Assembly: GCA_963664225.1 (NCBI GenBank)
Contig: OY760937.1
Coordinates: forward strand, 32,001-96,000
DNA length: 64,000 bases
Reading direction: 5' to 3'
Source of the DNA: Verrucomicrobiia bacterium
GTDB taxonomy: Bacteria > Verrucomicrobiota > Verrucomicrobiia > Limisphaerales > UBA1319
Shown: in pieces, positions 18,840 to 29,121 of the stretch
Layout of the letters: each line of letters opens with the position of its first letter
How positions within the stretch are numbered: position 1 is the first letter of the stretch
Translations under genes and position numbers: made by a program
Notes under the pieces: model-generated
Databases searched by the model: none
The model's input: the letters and a program-made list of their open reading frames with translations, nothing else
What the model was told of the DNA's origin: nothing

Positions 18840-19526
18840 TTACGCGCTTTTCGCTGCGGCGATGAAGGCGCGGACTTTGGTGGGATCTTTTTTGCCAGGA
18901 GCGGCTTCCACGCCGCTGGAGACATCGACGGCATGTGGACGGACGCGCTGGACGGCTTGGGCGACATTTTCGGGCGTCAGACCGCCGGCCAGGACAATCG
19001 GGCGCTGGAATTCCCTGGCTGCAATCGCCAGGTCCCAATTGAATGCCGCGCCGGTGCCGCCGCGATTTCCCGCCACATAGGCATCCAACAGCCATGCGTC
19101 GGTGCCGTAGGGCGCCAGATTCGCCACACTGTCTTTGTCCCGAATGCGCATGGCCTTAATGCCATGCACGCGGAGTCGTCCGGCAGCGTCGTGGGGAGGC
19201 ACCAATGGAGTGTGTTCGGCAGACGTAATTGAATGCAGGGACAGGGCTTGAATCCACTCCGGCGACTCTTCGCCGTGGAACTGGATCGTGTTAAAACCAG
19301 CCATGCGAATGGCTTCCATGACAAATTCCGGCGTGGGATTCACCAGAACCGCCACTTTCGCCAGAAGAGGCGGAAGCAAGGCGATGATTTCCCGCGCCTT
19401 CGCAAGGGTGACGTGGCGCGGACTGGCCGGGCAAAAGACAAAACCGAGCGCGTCAGCCCCTGCGGCGACCGCGTCCAAGGCGTCTTCAATGTTTGTGATT
19501 CCGCAGATTTTGACGTTGCAGGGCAT
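18840..19526 (-). CDS. trpF: Phosphoribosylanthranilate isomerase
   Basis: VKICGIT, GADALGFVF..SPR, IQFHGEE, GGTG..FNW, LAGGLTPENV, VDVSSGVE. Confidence 0.95.
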   Translation of the reverse strand: MPCNVKICGITNIEDALDAVAAGADALGFVFCPASPRHVTLAKAREIIALLPPLLAKVAVLVNPTPEFVMEAIRMAGFNTIQFHGEESPEWIQALSLHSITSAEHTPLVPPHDAAGRLRVHGIKAMRIRDKDSVANLAPYGTDAWLLDAYVAGNRGGTGAAFNWDLAIAAREFQRPIVLAGGLTPENVAQAVQRVRPHAVDVSSGVEAAPGKKDPTKVRAFIAAAKSA

Positions 19527-19545
19527 GATGGGAAAAATTGAAGAT

Positions 19546-19623
19546 TGGTCGGGGCGGTGAGATTTGAACTCACGACCTCGTGGACCCGAACCACGCGCGC
19601 TAGCCAGGCTACGCTACGCCCCG
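19546..19623 (-). tRNA. tRNA-Pro (anticodon CGG)
   Basis: CGGGGCGTAGCGTAGCCTGGCTAGCGCGCGTGGTTCGGGTCCACGAGGTCGTGAGTTCAAATCTCACCGCCCCGACCA: cloverleaf, GTTCAAATC T-loop, encoded CCA. Confidence 0.96.
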
Positions 19624-19697
19624 AACCAAATTCGGTCCACAATCTGCCCGTCCGCGTCGCTGATTGCAATCATGAATTTTTGAGGCGGCGAAATTCA

Positions 19698-21719
19698 TCA
19701 TTTCAACGCGGCGATGGCGGCGTCGAGTTGAGTGCGACTGCCGAGGAGCAGAATCTTGTCGCCGGATTGCAATTCCTCATCGGGACCGGGATTGACGATG
19801 CTTTGGCCCTTTCTCTCGATGGCGACAATGCTCGCGCCCGTCTGGGTGCGGAGCTGGAGTTCGTGAATGAGTCTGCCTGCGGCGCGGGATTGGCCGCCAA
19901 TTTCCACGGTCTCCAGATCGGCGTTTCGCAACAGCGGCGGAAGCGCGGGAGCCAGGAGGTTGGGATTGACCGGCGGGGGCTGGGTGAGCGTTTCCTGCAG
20001 AGCGGCCTGGGCCTTGGAATAAACCCGGATGAACGAGCGTCGCAGGAGCCAGGCAATGAGCCCGACGAGCACCATCAGAGTGAGCAAGACTCTAAAGGTG
20101 GGCAACAGGGTGGAAGTTAGCGCGAGCACATAAAAACCCAGGACCGCTGTTCCGACGATGCCGATCACCTGCGCGACAATGGACCGGATGGCGGCGGTGC
20201 GTTCACCGGCTGCGGCCTCGGTGACACGTATTTCCGCAATCAACATTCCCAGGGCCTGGAGCTTGCGCGAGGTGGCAATGAACAGCGGGAGCGAGAAAAT
20301 GACCGCTATAAACCAGAGCACGCTTTTCAGACCCACGGTGCTGAACCCCAACTTGGTGAGCCACAAAGGAGGGTTTTGGCCAACATACACTGCGGCGATG
20401 AAAATGCCGGTCATGAGCGCGATATTGAGCGCCATTTGAAGAGCCCAGAGGCGCATCAGTTTGGTGGCCAGATTCGAGCTTTTTCCTGTGCCAAGCTGCC
20501 CAATCCATTGCGTGTAAAGGGACATGGAGTGGGTGAGCCAGCGCGGCGCCATACGGTCGAACTGAAGCACCGCGCCATCCGCGCTTCGGATCAGGTAAGG
20601 GGTAAGCAGGGTGGTGATGGCGGATACCGCGACCGCGATGGGATAAAGAAAGGTGCTGGTGACATTGAGCGTGACTCCGAGCGAGGCGATGATGAACGAA
20701 AACTCGCCGATTTGCGCCACGCTCATGCCCACGCGCAGAGAAGATTCCCGATCGTAGCCGCCCAGGAAGGTTCCGGTGGCGCAGGTGATCACCTTGAAGA
20801 AAATGACCGCCAGGGTGATGACCACCACGGGCAGCCAATGGACCACGAGCATTTTCGGGTCGATCAACAAACCGATGGCCACAAAGAAAATGGCGCTGAA
20901 CATGTCGCGCACGGGTTCAATCAGCGTTTCGATGCGATGTATCTCACGCGCCTCGGCAATGACCGCGCCAATGATAAACGCGCCCAAGGCAACGCTGTAA
21001 CCGAGTTTCGCCGCCAGCAACGAAACGCCAAAGCAAAGCCCTAGGACGCTAATCAGCAGCATTTCGTTGCTCTTGAATCTGGAGACGTAACCGAGCAATC
21101 GCGGCACTGCAATGAGCCCGGCCACCAGCACCACGATCAGGAAAATGGCCAGCTTGCCAAGGGTCACACCCACGGTTCCCAGGCTCAAGGTTCCAGTCAT
21201 GGCGATGCCCGAGAGCAGGGCGATCATGGCGATGCCCAGAACGTCCTCGATGATCAAGATGCCAAAAATCAGTTGGGCAAATTTGTCCTTGGTGCGGCCC
21301 ATTTCCGTGAGGACCTTGATGATGACCGTGGTGGAGGACATGGAAAGCATGGCGCCGAGAAAGAGGCTGTCCGTGGTGCTCCAGCCAAAAAAGCGGCCCA
21401 ATTCGTAGCCGACCCAGCCCATGCCCAGTATTTCCATTGACGCGGCAATCACGGCCGTGCCGCCCACTTTTTTGAGCTTGCGCAGGCTGAATTCCAACCC
21501 GAGCGAAAACATCAGGAGAATGACGCCGATTTCAGCGAGGGTATTGATGCTTTCCTCGCTGGTGATCATCGAAAAGGGCGGCGTGTGCGGGCCCACGATG
21601 AAGCCCGCCAGAATATAACCGAGTACCACCGGCTGCTTGAACCGATGGAAGAGGATCGTCACCAGACCGGCGACAATCATCACCACTGCCAAATCCTGTA
21701 AAAAGGCGATTGGATGCAT
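19698..21719 (-). CDS. CPA2-family cation:proton antiporter with C-terminal TrkA-C domain
   Basis: QPVVLGYILAG, SMSSTT, GILIIED, FFVAIG, QIGEFSFII; C-terminal LRTQTGASIVAIER...NPGPD. Confidence 0.92.
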   Translation of the reverse strand: MHPIAFLQDLAVVMIVAGLVTILFHRFKQPVVLGYILAGFIVGPHTPPFSMITSEESINTLAEIGVILLMFSLGLEFSLRKLKKVGGTAVIAASMEILGMGWVGYELGRFFGWSTTDSLFLGAMLSMSSTTVIIKVLTEMGRTKDKFAQLIFGILIIEDVLGIAMIALLSGIAMTGTLSLGTVGVTLGKLAIFLIVVLVAGLIAVPRLLGYVSRFKSNEMLLISVLGLCFGVSLLAAKLGYSVALGAFIIGAVIAEAREIHRIETLIEPVRDMFSAIFFVAIGLLIDPKMLVVHWLPVVVITLAVIFFKVITCATGTFLGGYDRESSLRVGMSVAQIGEFSFIIASLGVTLNVTSTFLYPIAVAVSAITTLLTPYLIRSADGAVLQFDRMAPRWLTHSMSLYTQWIGQLGTGKSSNLATKLMRLWALQMALNIALMTGIFIAAVYVGQNPPLWLTKLGFSTVGLKSVLWFIAVIFSLPLFIATSRKLQALGMLIAEIRVTEAAAGERTAAIRSIVAQVIGIVGTAVLGFYVLALTSTLLPTFRVLLTLMVLVGLIAWLLRRSFIRVYSKAQAALQETLTQPPPVNPNLLAPALPPLLRNADLETVEIGGQSRAAGRLIHELQLRTQTGASIVAIERKGQSIVNPGPDEELQSGDKILLLGSRTQLDAAIAALK

Positions 21720-21949
21720 TTATGTTATGGATCGACTTCCAGCGGCACGACCCGCGCGAACGTTTTGTCCCGAGCTATTTTAGCCGAAAGCGCGCAGAAT
21801 CCAAAACTTGTTTCCGCGATACGGAGGATTTTCAATGAAATCGTGGAGACCGAAAAGGGAGTTTGAACATGGATGGGAAGGGTGGACGGGATTCTTAACG
21901 ATGGATTCACTGATAATGGGGGCGCTGGAGTGGGAGAATCGCCTGGTGG

Positions 21950-22732
21950 GTGGCTTGGAGATTGGTTGCTTTGATTTTGGTCCTGTGTTTGAGTCGATTC
22001 GTGACCGGAACGATTATTAACGTGGCGCTTATTTTTTTGGGAGGCGGGATTGGCCTGACCACGCGTCCGATTTCCCCGTCCAGTCAGAAGGCGTTGCGGA
22101 ACCTTCTGGGCGTGTTCACGATTTATGTGGGGTTGAGCATGGCTTGGGGCGGGGTCAATGGCCACTTCCTGGCGGTGCTCAAGCAGATGTCCATCGCCAT
22201 GCTCGCTTTGATGTTCGGGAATTTGACGGGGCATCTGATCGGGCTGCAAAAGGGGTTGAACCGGCTGGGGCAGTATGCGCGGCGCCAAATGGAGCAATTG
22301 GAGCGATTGGACCCATCGCAAAAGGGCAGCAGCAAGGTGGCCGAGGGATTCATCACCTGCACCATCCTTTTTTGCGTGGGGCCGATGGCGATCCTGGGCG
22401 CGTTGCAGGATGGTTTGCTGCATAATCCGAAAACCCTGGTTCTAAAGGGTTGCCTGGACGGCCTGGCCACCATGGCGTTCGTAAAAACTTTTGGACCTGG
22501 TGTTATGCTGGCGGCCATACCCGTGCTGGCCTATCAAGGGTCGATCACTTTACTTTCCCAGTTTTTGGAACCGATTTTCCGCGACCAGGCGCTGCTGGAT
22601 TCGGTGGGTGCGGTTGGCGGCTTGATGGTCTGTTTTGTGGCGCTGGTGATCTTCGAGTTTCGCAAGATCCGGCTCGCCGATTATCTGCCCAGCCTGATTT
22701 ACGCCCCCTTGCTGACCTGGTGGTGGCGTTAG
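21950..22732 (+). CDS. DUF554-family membrane protein (start possibly GTG 22001)
   Basis: GTIINVA, EGFITCTILFCVGPMAILGALQDGL, KGCLDG, YQGSITL, IRLADYLPSL. Confidence 0.85.
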   Translation: MAWRLVALILVLCLSRFVTGTIINVALIFLGGGIGLTTRPISPSSQKALRNLLGVFTIYVGLSMAWGGVNGHFLAVLKQMSIAMLALMFGNLTGHLIGLQKGLNRLGQYARRQMEQLERLDPSQKGSSKVAEGFITCTILFCVGPMAILGALQDGLLHNPKTLVLKGCLDGLATMAFVKTFGPGVMLAAIPVLAYQGSITLLSQFLEPIFRDQALLDSVGAVGGLMVCFVALVIFEFRKIRLADYLPSLIYAPLLTWWWR

Positions 22733-22815
22733 GATGGAGTTTTTTACTAAGTCTGGACTCGGATTTGACGGGAGCCTATACAACAGGATCAAGGTTTAAC
22801 AAACGGGATTATGCG

Positions 22816-23925
22816 ATGAGCGAACGAATTGGTATTTTAACCGGCGGCGGGGATTGTCCAGGACTTAACGCGGTCATCCGCTCGGTGGGCAAGTGCGCGA
22901 GCCAGTTGGGATGGGAAACGCTCGGTTTTCTGGGTGGCTTCGAAGGCTTGCTCGATCCGGTTCATTTCCATGTGCTCGATTATCACAACATGGACGGCTT
23001 GCTCCTGCGGGGCGGAACGATCCTTGGCACTTCGAATAAAGGTCATTTCGCGGCCAAGACCGGCCAGGGCCAGGTGAACCAGATTCCTAAGGAAATCATC
23101 GATGCCACGCTTTCGAATTTCAAGCTGTTGGGACTCAAGGCTTTGGTTGTTGTTGGCGGCGATGGTTCGCTGACCATTGCGCAACAGTTGTTCGAGGCGG
23201 GCATGCCGGTTGTGGGTGTGCCCAAAACCATCGATAACGATCTGGAAGCCACGGTGTTCACATTTGGGTTCGATTCCGCCGTGGCTTGCGCCACAGACGC
23301 ATTGGATCGGCTCCACACCACGGCCGAGAGTCATAACCGGGTGATCGTGCTGGAGGTCATGGGTCGTTACGCGGGCTGGATCGCCCTGCACTCGGGCATT
23401 GCGGGCGGCGGTGATGTCATTCTGATCCCGGAAATACCGTTCAACTACGGGGGCATCTGCACCAAGATCGCCGAGCGGGAGGCGCAAGGAAAACATTTCA
23501 CCCTGGTGGTTGTGGCGGAGGGCGCCCGCGAGGAGGGCGGCCAATACATCACGTCCGGGGCGCAGGAATCCAACCGCGAGGCGCGTCTGGGCGGCATCGG
23601 CGCGCGGGTGGCGGCGGAAATCGAGCGGCGCACGTCCAAGGAAACCCGGGTTTGCGTGCTGGGACATCTGCAGCGGGGCGGGGGGCCAACCACGTTCGAC
23701 CGCATCATTTGCACCTGTTTCGGAGCCAAAGCGGTTCAGTTGATTGCCGAAGAAAAGTTCGGTTACATGGTGGCCTTGCGTCCGCCCGATACCGTCGCCG
23801 TCAAGATCACCGAAGCGGTGGGTCGGTTGCGCACGGTGCCTGTGGATGGGGATATGGTGCGCGCGGCACGGTCACTGGGGATTTGCTTTGGCGACGAGCG
23901 ACTTCCAAATCGGGCGCGGCCCTGA
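22816..23925 (+). CDS. pfkA: 6-phosphofructokinase
   Basis: IGILTGGGDCPGLNAVIR, GGTILGTS, GGDGS, PKTIDND, EVMGRYAGWIAL, LGHLQRGG. Confidence 0.95.
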   Translation: MSERIGILTGGGDCPGLNAVIRSVGKCASQLGWETLGFLGGFEGLLDPVHFHVLDYHNMDGLLLRGGTILGTSNKGHFAAKTGQGQVNQIPKEIIDATLSNFKLLGLKALVVVGGDGSLTIAQQLFEAGMPVVGVPKTIDNDLEATVFTFGFDSAVACATDALDRLHTTAESHNRVIVLEVMGRYAGWIALHSGIAGGGDVILIPEIPFNYGGICTKIAEREAQGKHFTLVVVAEGAREEGGQYITSGAQESNREARLGGIGARVAAEIERRTSKETRVCVLGHLQRGGGPTTFDRIICTCFGAKAVQLIAEEKFGYMVALRPPDTVAVKITEAVGRLRTVPVDGDMVRAARSLGICFGDERLPNRARP

Positions 23926-24359
23926 CGGCCAACGGCTTCAATCGTCACGTTCACGCACAATGCTGCAAAATCACGCGATGCACCATTACAGCAGCATGCA
24001 GACGCTTTTCCAGGGCATCGTGTCAGGGAGCTTTCTGTGTTTATTTCCCTCATGAAACGCCCGTTTTTTTTACCCTTGAATAGGGATTTTCCGGTGGATT
24101 CCGCGCGTCACTGCAAGAGATGAACGACGACGCTGGTGGTAACGGGTTGGGGCTGTTTCTTAAAAAGAGACCGATTGGTCTGATTATTGCTTAACACAAT
24201 GAACCAATGCCCCTCCATCAAATAAGCGCATTTAGCCTTTGCGTGGAGCGTGGATTGTTGCTACTGCTAGAGATCTGATTTCGTGGTGGCAGCAAAGGGC
24301 AGGGGATGCGATGGCGAATTGCCACAAATTCTGTCGAAGATTGTCAGTGCGATAGTGAT

Positions 24360-25364
24360 ATGGGTCGTAAAGAAAAGAAACCAGCGATTGACCGCCAGTC
24401 AACCTCCGTTGTCACGGGGGGCGCCGGTTTTCTAGGGTCGCATCTGGTGGATTATCTGCTGGCCAAGGGGCACAAAGTCATTGCGATTGACAACTTTGTG
24501 ACCGGCAGCGTCGATAATATTGCCCATCATGGGGGAAATCCGAATTTCAAATTCATCCAGCAGGACGTGACCGAGTTTGTGTTCCTGGATGTGCCGGTCG
24601 ATTACGTCTGGCACTTTGCCTCCCCAGCCAGTCCGGTGGATTACCTGGAATTACCGATTCAAACGCTCAAAGTCGGTTCGCTGGGCACGCACAAAGCCTT
24701 GGGATTGGCCAAAAACAAGGGGGCGCGGTTTTTGCTGGCCTCGACTTCGGAGATTTACGGGGATCCATTGGTGCATCCCCAGACCGAGAGTTACTGGGGC
24801 AATGTCAATACCATCGGGCCGCGGGGTTGTTACGATGAGGCCAAGCGGTTTGCCGAGGCCTTGACCATGGCTTACCACCGCGAGCATGGGATCGCCACAC
24901 GGATCGTGCGAATTTTTAATACTTACGGGCCCCGGATGCGCGTCAATGACGGACGGGTGGTGCCCGCTTTTGTGAGCCAGGCTTTGCGCAATTCCCCGAT
25001 CACGGTTTTTGGTCCCGGGACGCAAACGCGGTGCTTCTGTTTTTACTCGGATTTGATCGAGGGGATCTACCGATTGATGATGAGCGAGGTGTCCGAACCG
25101 GTGAATTTGGGAAATCCGGAAGAATACACGATGTTAAATTTTGCGCGCGAGATCATCCGGGCCACGGGATCGCGAAGCCGGATCGTGCACAAGGCGTTGC
25201 CTCAGGATGATCCAAGACAGCGGCGTCCAGATATCTCCCGTGCGCGCAAGGAGTTGCGATGGGCACCAGAAGTTCCGTTGGCGGAAGGACTGGAGCGGAC
25301 CATCCCTTATTTTAAGGGGAAGGTTCTGGGTAAATTGACGAAGCGGGGAGGAATTAATTCATGA
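24360..25364 (+). CDS. UDP-glucuronate decarboxylase (UDP-xylose synthase family)
   Basis: [60 protein letters not shown]. Confidence 0.92.
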   Translation: MGRKEKKPAIDRQSTSVVTGGAGFLGSHLVDYLLAKGHKVIAIDNFVTGSVDNIAHHGGNPNFKFIQQDVTEFVFLDVPVDYVWHFASPASPVDYLELPIQTLKVGSLGTHKALGLAKNKGARFLLASTSEIYGDPLVHPQTESYWGNVNTIGPRGCYDEAKRFAEALTMAYHREHGIATRIVRIFNTYGPRMRVNDGRVVPAFVSQALRNSPITVFGPGTQTRCFCFYSDLIEGIYRLMMSEVSEPVNLGNPEEYTMLNFAREIIRATGSRSRIVHKALPQDDPRQRRPDISRARKELRWAPEVPLAEGLERTIPYFKGKVLGKLTKRGGINS

Positions 25365-25495
25365 AAAGGGAACTTTTCTGTTTGACCCTGTCACCGATTT
25401 TCGATAACCACATTCGCCGCTTCACAAGAGAAAATGCCGATAGATCGGTTGGTGCTTGGTCGTGGCGAAAATTTTGTGCCGGATGGGACAAGTAA

Positions 25496-27355
25496 ATGTT
25501 AAAGTCGAAATCATTTTTAGGCCTAGATTTTGGGGCGGGCAGCCTCAAAGCCGGTGAGTTTGAACTGACCGAGGCCGGCGGCTTGTGCCTGAAGAATTTC
25601 GGGGTGATCCCGCTGGGCCTTGAAGGGTCGCAGGATAACCTGCGTGAAGGGGTGTTGATCAAGGCCTTGCAGGAGCTGGCTGCGAAGAAGGGTTTCAGCT
25701 CCAAAAACATCAATGCCTGCGCGCCCGGGTTTCAGGTGTTTTCGAAGTACGTAAAGCTGCCGCCGGTGGATACGTCCAAGGTCACCCAGATCATCCAGTA
25801 CGAGGCTCAGCAGAACGTTCCATTCCCCTTGGAAGAGGTTGTTTGGGATTATCAGATTGCGGGAACGCTGCCCAGCGGCGAGCTGGAAGTCTTCCTGGTG
25901 GCGATCAAGTCCGATCTTGTAGAGGGGTTGTTTAAAGTGGCTGAGAGCGGCGGTTTCAGGCTCCAGTTGGTGGACGCCTCGCCGGCGGCGTTGGTGAACG
26001 CATTTCGTTATAATTACGCGGATTTGGACGGTTGCAGCATGTTGCTGGACATCGGCGCCAAGACCAGCAACGCCTTGTTCTTCGAGAAAAACAAATCGAG
26101 TTCGCGCGGAATCAATATTGGAGCCAACTCCATCACGCAGGATTTTGCGGCGGAGGCCAAGATGCCCTTTACCAAGGCCGAGGCGTTTAAGATTGCCGAG
26201 GGATTTGTAAGTCTTGGCGGCGCTTATGAAGAGCCTGAGAATCCGCAGCAGGCCCAGATCTCGAAGATCGCGCGGCAGGTGATGACCCGCCTGCACATTC
26301 AGGTCAATCAGACCATTCAATTTTATCGGGGTCAGCAGGGTGGTTCGGCCCCGCAGCGGCTTTTTTTGGCGGGCGGTGCATCGCTGATGCCTTATACGGC
26401 CCAGTTTTTCTCGGAAAAGCTCAATATTCCGGTGGAATATTTCAATCCATTGCGCAACGTCCAGATCGATCCGGCGGTGAATCTGGAGGAGTTGGCGCGT
26501 GTGGCTCATTGCATGGGTGAAGTGGTGGGATTGGGACTGCGCAATCTGGCGCAATGCCCGATTGAGTTGAACCTGCTGCCCAAGACCATTCGCAAACGCC
26601 AGCAGTTCAACCAGAAGAAACCGTATTTCGTGGCCACGGTTTTGAGCACCGCGCTTGGGCTGGCGGCCATGGGCTGGTTTTACGATTCGCGGGTCGTCAC
26701 GCCCAAGAACGAGGCGGCGGCCCAGATTCAGGCGCAAATCGCGCCGTTGCAGCAGTTGTGGGATAACTCCATCAGCCCTGCAATGACGAAGATCGACACG
26801 CTCAAGAAAGAGGCCGATCAGGTTTCCGATTGGACAAACGATCGCGTTTATTGGATCAAAATCATCACCGAGTTGCGCAACTCCCTCATTGAGGCCGAGA
26901 CCAAAACAGAGATGGTTTTCAAGGATTCAGGCCTTAAGTCCGGTGTCTGGGTTGAAAGAATGCTTCCAGATGTACCCGGGGCGGATGAGGAGGGAATGCC
27001 GCAAGCCACAACGGCGACACGGGGTCGATTTGGCGGGATGGACGCGGCGATGCTGAAACGCTATGGCCTGGCGGCACCGGCGGCCGCCGGACCTGAAGAT
27101 GCGCCCAAGGCGGCCAAATCGACCAATGAGATCGACACGGTCAATTTGACTTGCGCGGCGGTTAACTTGAAGAAGTTTTCCCCCACGGCCAATCGTGTCC
27201 TGATCGACGCCCTGCAGGACAGCCTGCAGTCACGCACCAATCTATTCGTTCCTGCGGAAACAAAGACCGGCGCGACCTTTACCGAGCCGGATGCCGAAGC
27301 TTCAACCTTTTATTTTGAATTTAAGCTCAAGTTAAGGCGGCCCATAAAAATCTGA
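25496..27355 (+). CDS. pilM: Type IV pilus assembly protein PilM with fused TM/PilN-like C-terminus
   Basis: LGLDFGAGSLK, IQYEAQQNVPFPLEEVVWDY, LDIGAKT, LAGG, GLGLR..IELNLLP (PilN-like INLLP) then a TM helix. Confidence 0.85.
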   Translation: MLKSKSFLGLDFGAGSLKAGEFELTEAGGLCLKNFGVIPLGLEGSQDNLREGVLIKALQELAAKKGFSSKNINACAPGFQVFSKYVKLPPVDTSKVTQIIQYEAQQNVPFPLEEVVWDYQIAGTLPSGELEVFLVAIKSDLVEGLFKVAESGGFRLQLVDASPAALVNAFRYNYADLDGCSMLLDIGAKTSNALFFEKNKSSSRGINIGANSITQDFAAEAKMPFTKAEAFKIAEGFVSLGGAYEEPENPQQAQISKIARQVMTRLHIQVNQTIQFYRGQQGGSAPQRLFLAGGASLMPYTAQFFSEKLNIPVEYFNPLRNVQIDPAVNLEELARVAHCMGEVVGLGLRNLAQCPIELNLLPKTIRKRQQFNQKKPYFVATVLSTALGLAAMGWFYDSRVVTPKNEAAAQIQAQIAPLQQLWDNSISPAMTKIDTLKKEADQVSDWTNDRVYWIKIITELRNSLIEAETKTEMVFKDSGLKSGVWVERMLPDVPGADEEGMPQATTATRGRFGGMDAAMLKRYGLAAPAAAGPEDAPKAAKSTNEIDTVNLTCAAVNLKKFSPTANRVLIDALQDSLQSRTNLFVPAETKTGATFTEPDAEASTFYFEFKLKLRRPIKI

Positions 27356-27356
27356 T

Positions 27357-28328
27357 ATGCAATGGATTAAAAGCAATCTGATCCTGGTGATCAGCATCGT
27401 GGTTTCCCTGGCTTTGATCGGGGGATCTGGATTCTATTTTTATTCCAAGATCAGTTCCGAGCAGGAGGCCGCAGCTCAACTGGCACAGGTGCAGACAACC
27501 TTGCAGGATTACCAAAACAAGATTCCTTCCGCCACGAAAGCCAATGTCGAGGCTGCTCTCGGGGTGCAGAAGCAATTGCTTGAGTTCAAGTCCAAGGCGG
27601 AAAAGTTTTTTCCGGTGTTAAGCACCAACAAATCCGAGCACGTCGATGATTTTGGGCCTTATCTTCTGACATCCTTGTACAACTTGCGCCGCGAAGCGCA
27701 AAGTTCGAGCACCATGCTGCCAACAAATTTTTCCTTCGGTTTTAGCGTGCAACGGGAATTGCTGCAGTTCGACACTCCGAAAATTCCATTGCTGATTCTG
27801 CAGCTCGATGATGTAAAAGCTCTTTGCTCGGTGCTTTATAAAGCCAAAGTGTATGAAATCATGCAGGTTCGCCGGGCCATGACGGCGACCCAGGATACCA
27901 CATCCCAACCCACCCAGCCCCAGGATTATCTGACAAAGCGCACCGTGGTGACCAACGATGTCGTCAATGCGATGATTTCCCCCTACGAGATCATCTTTAA
28001 ATGCGCCAGCACCGAATTGGCTGCGGTGATGGAGGGACTGGCCCATTCTTCGAACGGTTTCATCGTAAAATCGGTGCGGGTTGAGCCGGCCGAAGTCCCT
28101 GGACAGGAGTCGGATGTGTCGAGTCCTACAGGCGAATCAGCGAGCGCGCGCGCAGCGCTGGCTGCACGCTATGGATTGGGACGGGGACGCCGCATGGCCC
28201 AGCCCGGCGGTGTGCCTGCGACTGGAGTTCCCGCGCCCGTCAAAAAGGGTCCCGGGATTGTGCTGATGGAAAAACCGCTTGAAGTCGATATGATGGTGGA
28301 TGCGGTCAAGCTCAGCCCCACAAAGTAA
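27357..28328 (+). CDS. PilO-like / Amuc_1100-like pilus assembly protein
   Basis: N-terminal TM plus coiled coil, FSFGFS, YEIIFKC...L..VM..L...FIVKSV; position after pilM as in the Akkermansia Amuc_1101-1098 order. Confidence 0.6.
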   Translation: MQWIKSNLILVISIVVSLALIGGSGFYFYSKISSEQEAAAQLAQVQTTLQDYQNKIPSATKANVEAALGVQKQLLEFKSKAEKFFPVLSTNKSEHVDDFGPYLLTSLYNLRREAQSSSTMLPTNFSFGFSVQRELLQFDTPKIPLLILQLDDVKALCSVLYKAKVYEIMQVRRAMTATQDTTSQPTQPQDYLTKRTVVTNDVVNAMISPYEIIFKCASTELAAVMEGLAHSSNGFIVKSVRVEPAEVPGQESDVSSPTGESASARAALAARYGLGRGRRMAQPGGVPATGVPAPVKKGPGIVLMEKPLEVDMMVDAVKLSPTK

Positions 28329-28347
28329 TTTTATTTTGCCCAAGCTA

Positions 28348-29112
28348 ATGGAGTTCATAAAAAATCACTACGAGAAGGTGCTGTTGAGCCTGGTTTTGCT
28401 GGGATTGGCGGTCACTGTGGCGTTGCTGCCAACCAAGGTTCAGAGTGTGGATACATCCGCCCAGGGCGGACCTCAAAAACCACTGACTCCAATGGATTTG
28501 CGCACGAATGAAGCGGCCCTGACCAATCTCAGCTCCCTGCCTCAAGTCGTTTTTTCGGGTTCCAACAACGTCTTTAATCCAGTTCAATGGCGGCGCAAAG
28601 CGGACGGCAGTTTGTGGAAGATCATTTCTCCAAACGAGGTTGGTCCGGGCGCGGTGCGCATCACCAAGACCAACAGCCCGCTTTATTTCAGTTTGTCGTT
28701 CGATGGGGTCAATTTGCCCAATTATCAGATTGGGGTGACGCAGGAGACGAACAAAAACGCGAATTTGCGAGGCAAAGTGGCTCGTTACGGCGCGTTAAAC
28801 GAAAAGACGGAATACTTTAAGATTACGAAGATTGTTGGCGCGGTCGAGGCCCCCGACGCGCTGGTGCTTGAGGTGGGAGACCTCAAGGAGCAAGCCACAG
28901 TGAGCAAGGAAAAGCCATATAAGGTGATCGCCGGTTACACGTCCGATCTGGCTTATCCGCCGCAAAACCTGGCGTGGCGTGAAAAAAGGGTGGGGGACAG
29001 TCTGGTTTTTGACGGAGACACAAACAATATCGTTGAAATCACGGCCAACGAGGTTGTATTGTCCGCCAGTTCAGGTAAACGTACCACTATCAAGTATAAC
29101 GCCGCGCCGTAA
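28348..29112 (+). CDS. Amuc_1099-like / PilP-position pilus-system protein
   Basis: MEFIKNHYEKVLL plus TM; lies between the Amuc_1100-like gene and the secretin. Confidence 0.5.
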   Translation: MEFIKNHYEKVLLSLVLLGLAVTVALLPTKVQSVDTSAQGGPQKPLTPMDLRTNEAALTNLSSLPQVVFSGSNNVFNPVQWRRKADGSLWKIISPNEVGPGAVRITKTNSPLYFSLSFDGVNLPNYQIGVTQETNKNANLRGKVARYGALNEKTEYFKITKIVGAVEAPDALVLEVGDLKEQATVSKEKPYKVIAGYTSDLAYPPQNLAWREKRVGDSLVFDGDTNNIVEITANEVVLSASSGKRTTIKYNAAP

Positions 29113-29121
29113 TACTATTTT

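Noticed and set aside
19546..19623. tRNA-Pro as an integration site
   Set aside because: No duplicated 3' end or integrase nearby; the flanks are housekeeping genes.
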